NCBI GenBank assembly: GCA_041736175.1
Contig: JBGSUI010000110.1
Span: 1-23,614, forward strand
From: Oligoflexales bacterium
GTDB lineage: Bacteria; Bdellovibrionota_B; Oligoflexia; Oligoflexales; CAIYRB01
Direction: 5' to 3'
Length of the DNA: 23,614 nt
How positions within the stretch are numbered: position 1 is the stretch's first letter; every line of letters begins with the position of its first letter. The position numbers were made by a program, and so were the translations under genes. Shown here in pieces: positions 18,267 through 23,614 of the stretch. Below the pieces are notes generated by a model. The model did not search any database, was not told where the DNA came from, and saw only the letters and a list, made by a program, of their open reading frames with translations.

Positions 18267-21137
18267 TTAGTGTAGATACCTGACCGTTTGGGACGAATCG
18301 GGCTGAGCTTTGATAAGAGCCTCGACAGGACCCATAAAAACAACCTCTCCCCCCTGTTCCCCTGCCTCAGGGCCGACCTCGATCAGCCAGTCTGCGGTCC
18401 TTATCACATCCAGGTGGTGTTCGACCACAATAAGGGTGTGTCCGCTACGGGTGAGGCGGCGAAGATGCTGGAGAAAGACCTGCACATCGGCCTGGCTGAG
18501 CCCTCGGGTTGGTTCGTCAAAGATCAGGATCATGGGCTTCAGGTCATCCGTCTCGCCGGTCATGCTCAGCAGCTTGAGCCGCTGGGCCTCGCCTCCCGAA
18601 AAACCACTGGTATGCTGTCCTAGGGTGATATACCCAAGCCCCAGCTCACACACATGATCGCAGATCGCCCGCATGGGAGGACGGTCCGAGAAAACATCTC
18701 GTGCCTGGCGCACGGTGAGCTGAAAGATTTGGTTGAGATTGTAGCCTTTGTAGCTTACCTGTAAGACTTTATCATCAAACCTTTGTCCTTGGCAGCTCGG
18801 ACAAATCACTTCCACCTCCCCTAAAAAGGATAGGTCCTCCACCACAGTTCCTAGCCCCTTGCAATTTTCACAGCGTCCTCCTGGGGTGTTGAAGCTAAAG
18901 GAGCCGGGCGTGAGTCCCAAATTTTTAGCTAAAGGCTCTTTGGCAAAAAGTTTTCGGATCTCATCCATCAGCCCAAGGTAGGTCGCGATGTTTGAGCGGC
19001 TACTCCGCGCCAAGGCGCTTTGGCTTACCATCAGGACTCCCCGATGCTCCTGCACGGCCCCGAGAGGTTCTACCAAAAGAGGGGACTCGGCTGTCGCGTC
19101 GGCTCCCTCAAAGGCACCTTGAAGAGCTGGATAAATACTATGCTCCACCAAGCTGGTCTTGCCAGAGCCGCTCACTCCGCACACCACGGTGAGCTGGGCT
19201 AAGGGGATTTTGATAGAAACATCTTTTAGATTATGGATCGTCCCATGGCTTAAATTAATAAAACGGGTGGGTGCTGCCTTCTGGTCATTTGGCTTTGTCT
19301 TGCTCCCCCGGGTCGGCTCAATCTGCTTGATCTGCTTGATCCACGTTTTGGGCGTCCCTTCAAAGATGACTTGACCGCCTTCAGCCCCTGCTTTTGGCCC
19401 AATTTCAATCACGTAGTCTGACCCTTGGATCATAGCGTGATCGTGTTCCACCATCACGATGGTGTTATTATTTTGGCAGAGCTCTTGAATAACACCTAGG
19501 AGTTTTTCGCTATCCCTTGGGTGTAGACCAGAGGTAGGTTCGTCAAGACAATAAAGGGTTTCAAACAATGCACTCCCAAGGCACCTCCCTAAATGGATGC
19601 GCTGCAATTCCCCACCCGAAATGGATCGACCGGCCCGGTCAGGAGTGAGGTAGGAGAGGCCTAACCGGTTAAGGTAGGTGAGCCTTGACTCCAGATCATC
19701 TAAGGCTTCCGAGAGACCCATAAGCCTTTGGCTTGCGGCCCCCTCTGTTGTATCTTTGTTCTGTTTAATCTCCTTCACCCAGCCCCCAAGCTCTCCGAGT
19801 TTTAAGCTGTGGACCTCCGCAAGGCTAAGGCCTAGCACTTTGACGGCTAGGGAGGCAGGAGAGAGACGGGCCCCGTGGCACTGCTTACAGGTCTCGTATT
19901 TTTTAAAGCGGGCCAGGTGCATCCGGTAGTGGGGTTTATATTTTTTAGATTCTAAATATTTAAAAAAACCATGAATACCATCAAACGAGCGGCCCTTACC
20001 TTCCTTAAGCCAGTGCCAGTCTTCAGGAGTGTATAGAGCAAACTTTTTTTCATAGAGCTTAAGGTTTGGACCTAAGTTTTGTTTAGCCCATGAGTAGTAT
20101 TCTCGAAACTGGCCAAAATTCCAGGGGCTCACCCCCTCCTCGGCTAAAGATGATGCGGAGGAGGGTATGATTTTTTGCCAATCGAGCTCCGACGAGCGGC
20201 CAAATCCCTGACAGCCGGGACAAGCCCCGAGGGGGTTGTTAAACGACATCAGCGCCATGGATGGTTCCTGATAGGACTTTTGGCAGGTCGGGCAGGTCAA
20301 GTCGTTTCTAAACTTGGTCAAATCGTCACCTGGGGAGGGAGATGGAGACTCTCCCATAAAGCTAATTTGCTGGCCCCCGACCTTAAAAGCAAGCTGGACC
20401 GCTTCAAAAAGTCTGCCCTTTTGCTGTTCATGGACCTTGACCCGGTCGACCACCACATGGGTCTTTAAGGGGACCAAAGTTTTTAGTTCACTTATCTTTA
20501 GGACTTTCTCGCCCTCTGGATAAACCCGGGTAAACCCCTGGGCCTGGAGTTGCCCAGCCAGGTCGTTAGCCTTGACGGACTCTAGGTTGTGGTAGCGGTC
20601 CAGGGGTGCCATCACCAGGACTTGCTGCTCCGGATACCTGGAGAGGATTTCGTCTACGACAGCCTGAGGATACCACTTTTTGAGCGTTTTTTTGCAAACT
20701 CCACAATAGATCTCACCGAGATGGGTAAACACCACCTGCAAAAGGTCAGTCAACTCCGTAAGAGTTCCGACCGTCGACCTCTGCCACAAGGCTCCGCTGG
20801 CACCACTGGATCCATACTGCTGGATCGCGATCGCCGGAGGGAGGTTGTTGCAGGATTCTAACTCTGGTTTAGGCAGGGCCTTAAGGTATTGTCGTGCGTA
20901 GCTTGAGAGGCTTTCCACGTACCTGCGAAAAGCCTCAGCATAAAGGGTGTCAAAGACCAGTGAGCTTTTGCCAGATCCAGAGAGCCCTGTCACCACTGTG
21001 ATCTTCCCAAGGGGAAACATGACGCGATCGATCTTGAGGTTATGGGTTTTGACGCCACCTAGTTCGATATGAGATCCAACCTTCCGGACTTTTTGCACGC
21101 CAACCACCCCATTCCCTTTTGCCTTTTCCAGACCCAC
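18267..21137 (-). CDS. uvrA: UvrA-family excinuclease ATPase (probably a divergent paralogue)
   Basis: THNLK, GLSGSGKSSLVFDTLYAE..RRYVESLSSYARQ, SFNNPLGACPGCQG, SGGE.QRI, DEPTSGLH, second ABC GVSGSGKTSL, FSFN..GGRCE.C.G, SGGEAQRLKL. Confidence 0.9.
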   Translation of the reverse strand: MGLEKAKGNGVVGVQKVRKVGSHIELGGVKTHNLKIDRVMFPLGKITVVTGLSGSGKSSLVFDTLYAEAFRRYVESLSSYARQYLKALPKPELESCNNLPPAIAIQQYGSSGASGALWQRSTVGTLTELTDLLQVVFTHLGEIYCGVCKKTLKKWYPQAVVDEILSRYPEQQVLVMAPLDRYHNLESVKANDLAGQLQAQGFTRVYPEGEKVLKISELKTLVPLKTHVVVDRVKVHEQQKGRLFEAVQLAFKVGGQQISFMGESPSPSPGDDLTKFRNDLTCPTCQKSYQEPSMALMSFNNPLGACPGCQGFGRSSELDWQKIIPSSASSLAEEGVSPWNFGQFREYYSWAKQNLGPNLKLYEKKFALYTPEDWHWLKEGKGRSFDGIHGFFKYLESKKYKPHYRMHLARFKKYETCKQCHGARLSPASLAVKVLGLSLAEVHSLKLGELGGWVKEIKQNKDTTEGAASQRLMGLSEALDDLESRLTYLNRLGLSYLTPDRAGRSISGGELQRIHLGRCLGSALFETLYCLDEPTSGLHPRDSEKLLGVIQELCQNNNTIVMVEHDHAMIQGSDYVIEIGPKAGAEGGQVIFEGTPKTWIKQIKQIEPTRGSKTKPNDQKAAPTRFINLSHGTIHNLKDVSIKIPLAQLTVVCGVSGSGKTSLVEHSIYPALQGAFEGADATAESPLLVEPLGAVQEHRGVLMVSQSALARSSRSNIATYLGLMDEIRKLFAKEPLAKNLGLTPGSFSFNTPGGRCENCKGLGTVVEDLSFLGEVEVICPSCQGQRFDDKVLQVSYKGYNLNQIFQLTVRQARDVFSDRPPMRAICDHVCELGLGYITLGQHTSGFSGGEAQRLKLLSMTGETDDLKPMILIFDEPTRGLSQADVQVFLQHLRRLTRSGHTLIVVEHHLDVIRTADWLIEVGPEAGEQGGEVVFMGPVEALIKAQPDSSQTVRYLH

Positions 21138-21262
21138 GCTTCTCTAAAAGCTTTGTGGTAAAATCATCTCTGTTACCTAAATGCTGTCCCATTCAAACCT
21201 ATAAGTCCTCTTGCCTCAAGTCACATTTTACTGGAACAAGCCTTTCGAGGTCCAAAGGTCCT

Positions 21263-21886
21263 ATGCTTACCCAAAACCACTCCGATTCAGATCTTTATAT
21301 CGGCCCTAGTCCTTGGCGGCTCGGTCTAGCTTTTTGTATGTTTCTAGGGCTGGTCGGTGTAGGCGGATGGGGTCTTTCCAACTTCCTTTTAAAACCCGAT
21401 CAACCGCTCCTTACCCTCGATCAGAGCGCTACGGGCAAGACTCACATAGAGACCACAAGCGCCGGAGGTGGGGAACCCCTCTTTTACCGGGTTGTAGGCA
21501 ATGCTGGGGTTGTTGAAGGATCTCCCTTCGAGCACGAGTCTTCCCTGGAGCAGGAACTGCAATCCTTGAACGCCGCCAAAGACGCCCCCAAGCCAGAGTC
21601 CCCTGAGCTAAGCTCCCAAATAAGGGGCAAACTGCCTGTCGCAGCCAAGGCTCCCACCTATACCATCGAGCTTAAAAAAACCACCGATCGCCACGAAGCC
21701 GAGGATCTCGTCAGCGCGCTCCAATCCAAGGGAATCCAAGCCTTCTACACGCCGATGCTAAGCGACAACTTTGTGACCTACCGGGTTCGGGTCGGGATCT
21801 ATACGTCCAAGGCCGTGGCCCAAAAGGACCTCGCAGCCATCAATCCCCATGTGTCCCACCCGGGCCAGATTTCAGAACTCCACTGA
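21263..21886 (+). CDS. SPOR-domain membrane protein (FtsN/DedD-like)
   Basis: ATG 21263. One TM helix, a linker, and a C-terminal SPOR domain (YTIEL...AEDLVSALQSKG...YRVRVG.Y.S...A). Confidence 0.8.
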   Translation: MLTQNHSDSDLYIGPSPWRLGLAFCMFLGLVGVGGWGLSNFLLKPDQPLLTLDQSATGKTHIETTSAGGGEPLFYRVVGNAGVVEGSPFEHESSLEQELQSLNAAKDAPKPESPELSSQIRGKLPVAAKAPTYTIELKKTTDRHEAEDLVSALQSKGIQAFYTPMLSDNFVTYRVRVGIYTSKAVAQKDLAAINPHVSHPGQISELH

Positions 21887-22298
21887 CATGGTCGACCTTG
21901 CCGTCCCCATCAAAGTCGAAAACCTGATTTTTGACCTTGCCCTTTGGGTCGAGGACCTCAAGCATTTCAAAGCGCCCGTCCCCGTCAAGATCCCAGCCAT
22001 AAAACCCTGGAAAGCTTTGCCCGTAGCCATCTTCTAAGGTCCAGTGAACCAGGATCTGGGTTTTTTGCGGTAAGACCGTTGGCGACCAATGGGATTTTTT
22101 AGACAGCAGTTTAGGTCCCTGATCTGGATTGGGGTTGATCACCTTGAGGACGTAGTAGGTCCTGGGACCATGGATTTTTTCGAGAGCCTCCAGATCTTGA
22201 AGGGGGGCTACAGGCTCCGTAAGACTCTGATCACTGCTGGTCGGGCTACAGGCTCCTGACCCCATGATGGCAACCAAAATCCACCCCTTCCATGCCAT
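21840..22298 (-). CDS. Small lipoprotein with DxDxDG Ca-binding-like loops
   Basis: ATG 22298 after GAGGGA. Signal MAWKGWILVAIMGSGAC; motifs WDLDGDGRFE and FDFDGDGKVD. Confidence 0.7.
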   Translation of the reverse strand: MAWKGWILVAIMGSGACSPTSSDQSLTEPVAPLQDLEALEKIHGPRTYYVLKVINPNPDQGPKLLSKKSHWSPTVLPQKTQILVHWTLEDGYGQSFPGFYGWDLDGDGRFEMLEVLDPKGKVKNQVFDFDGDGKVDHVSGVLKSGPGGTHGD

Positions 22299-22435
22299 GT
22301 TTCTATCCCTCAAAGAGTCCTGTGATGAATCAACCTTTGGGAAACCTTTCGGAATATGAGGGCAAATATTGAGCCCGAAGTTTATCACTAAGGACCCTTA
22401 AATGCTTGATATTAATGGATTCAGTACCTAAAATA

Positions 22436-22462
22436 GTGTCCGTAATGGGGGGTTCCAGTTCA
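22436..22462. mobile_element. IS3-family-like terminal inverted repeat remnant
   Basis: The reverse complement, TGAACTGGAACCCCCCATTACGGACAC, has the TG...CCCC...GGACA form of IS3-family ends. It abuts a truncated toxin-like fragment. No transposase is present. Confidence 0.55.
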
Positions 22463-22525
22463 ATGCTCATCGTCACTTTTGCCGAGTCAGATCTACTTGT
22501 AACTATCATTCATTTGGATTTATGA
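22463..22525 (+). pseudogene. 3' remnant of a putative toxin (DUF4258/BrnT-like C-terminus)
   Basis: Reads MLIVTFAESDLLVTIIHLDL*, ending 9 nt before the antitoxin ATG. It resembles the final two strands of DUF4258-type toxins. Confidence 0.45.
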
Positions 22526-22534
22526 GAGACTATT

Positions 22535-22969
22535 ATGAAAGCAAAATACCTAGTTTATGAGGGCTTAGGTTTCCCCGTTATAATGATTGGATTTAAAACA
22601 AAAAAAGTACGAGACGAGGTGCTTCCAGATGTTAATATGAAGCAACTCCAAGCTATGGTATTTGAGGCTCTGACAGTCAAACCGTCTACTTTGAGTGGTA
22701 GCGAACTTTTATTTATTAGATCTTATCTTGGATTGACTCAGTCCGAATTTGCATTGAAAATTGGGCTTTCCAATCACTCCCGCATATCCCAATGGGAAAA
22801 AAAATCGTTAAAGTCCGCAGGAATGGAATATGTCACTGAACTGTCAGTTCGATTAGTTATGGCCGCAACCATCCGCGATGGACTCATCGCAAAGGTATAT
22901 AGAGCGTTATCTGAGCATCGACCGGAGAAAGAGAGCGATCCAGTCAAAATTCTGTCGACAGCAGCTTGA
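22535..22969 (+). CDS. XRE/Cro HTH protein, putative type II antitoxin (MqsA/HigA-like architecture)
   Basis: YEGLGFPV N-terminal motif and LSGSELLFIRSYLGLTQSEFALKIG...SRISQWEK HTH. AT-rich. Confidence 0.75.
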   Translation: MKAKYLVYEGLGFPVIMIGFKTKKVRDEVLPDVNMKQLQAMVFEALTVKPSTLSGSELLFIRSYLGLTQSEFALKIGLSNHSRISQWEKKSLKSAGMEYVTELSVRLVMAATIRDGLIAKVYRALSEHRPEKESDPVKILSTAA

Positions 22970-22971
22970 GA

Positions 22972-23143
22972 AGTCGGCTTCGACCCCACTGTTGGCCGAC
23001 TGATTCGTCCCGGGCCCAACCCTCGAAGCGAACGGACCTTGGAATTGCCGACCTGGATTTTTAGCAATGGGCTCCACCTCTGGAGTCACCGAAACTTGCA
23101 TTGCATGCTTCTTGCATCGTTCGCTCCGGGACGAACTGGCTCT
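22972..23143. ncRNA. Unassigned structured element (candidate ncRNA; strand uncertain, minus slightly favoured)
   Basis: Perfect 10-bp and 8-bp long-range helices enclose three small hairpins, with an adjacent 7-bp hairpin. A minus-strand TAGAAT lies just upstream. Confidence 0.5.
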
Positions 23144-23407
23144 AAAAACATTCTATTTTTCAGAAAAAGCTTGACGGGTATTGGGGCTTACAAAACGGTT
23201 CCTATAATAGCCTCTGCAAGCAATTTGCTGATTTTTCCGGATCAGATCGAGTCAAACCGCCCCATAAACAAATTTGCCGCTTCGAGTGAAGTTTTTAAAA
23301 AAGACCGCAGACTCCGAGCGAAATCAACTTTTACAACCTGTGTTATAACTTATTTTCAACAAGGTCTCGACGCCCCAAAGCGTCCTTAATGAGCGAGAAA
23401 AACAACG

Positions 23408-23614
23408 ATGATATCAAGTGAAGCCCTTTCAAGAATACTCGCGCTCCCAAAAAATTGTGACGCGTCCGAATCTACCTCTGACATCCGTGTGCTCCTGCGC
23501 CGGCAGTTTCAAAAAGCTGTTGAGCTCCATCAAAAGGAGCACGATATGGTGCTTGATTCAATGAGGGTACTTTATCAGCTTGACCGACAAAACGCTGCTG
23601 GAAACCTCGGGCTC
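23408..23614 (+). CDS. 5' part of a hypothetical protein running off the window
   Basis: Open frame from ATG 23408: MISSEALSRILALPKNCDASESTSDIRVLLRRQFQKAVELHQKEHDMVLDSMRVLYQLDRQNAAGNLGL..., 69 codons with no stop. Absent from the ORF track, presumably because it is incomplete. Confidence 0.55.
   Translation, partial: MISSEALSRILALPKNCDASESTSDIRVLLRRQFQKAVELHQKEHDMVLDSMRVLYQLDRQNAAGNLGL

Noticed and set aside
23040..23090. SAM-I riboswitch-like words on the minus strand (CCAGAGGTGGAG...CGGCAA)
   Set aside because: Lacks the GGGACTGGCCC/TGAA core and P1, and there is no downstream same-strand sulfur gene.
23000..23137. Hammerhead-like CTGA..GTCCC...GGGACGAA
   Set aside because: The essential CUGANGA and GAAA core residues are not matched (CTGATTC, GAAC).
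23014..23140. Integron attC site (GCCCAAC fits RYYYAAC, next to a TA gene)
   Set aside because: No complementary GTTRRRY R' box at the matching position, and no array of similar sites.
23171..23208. TTGACG...TATAAT sigma70 promoter
   Set aside because: The spacer is 26 nt, so the two boxes cannot form one promoter.
23330..23361. DnaA-box-like words suggesting an origin
   Set aside because: Only mismatched boxes, with no cluster and no dnaA context visible.
23039..23389. 116-aa ORF
   Set aside because: TTG start, no recognisable features, and it overlaps the structured element and promoter-like DNA; probably spurious.

Overview
A bacterial chromosomal segment of mostly housekeeping genes: miaB, ffh, cysK, ruvC, hemB, a lolC/E-type permease, dnaJ, panB, a UvrA-family ATPase and a SPOR protein. 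These are mixed with orphan lipoproteins and secreted proteins. The gene style and promoter types suggest a Bdellovibrionota/Oligoflexia-like or other delta-type organism (inference only). Non-routine signals: (1) an AT-rich cassette between ruvC and hemB, flanked by imperfect direct repeats (60/65 nt), carrying a sigma54 promoter and a lipoprotein that looks like a catalytically dead trypsin-like protease, with an exact XerD-arm sequence at its right end; (2) an unassigned, highly structured ~135-170 nt intergenic element at ~22972-23155, a candidate novel ncRNA; (3) a sigma28/FliA promoter enclosed in nested inverted repeats upstream of a cytochrome c lipoprotein; (4) a polytopic membrane enzyme resembling eukaryotic GPI ethanolamine-phosphate transferases; (5) an orphaned HTH antitoxin whose toxin appears cut off by an IS3-like inverted-repeat scar, with a similar motif truncating a gene at the window start. 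No rRNA, tRNA, CRISPR array, transposase or integrase was found.
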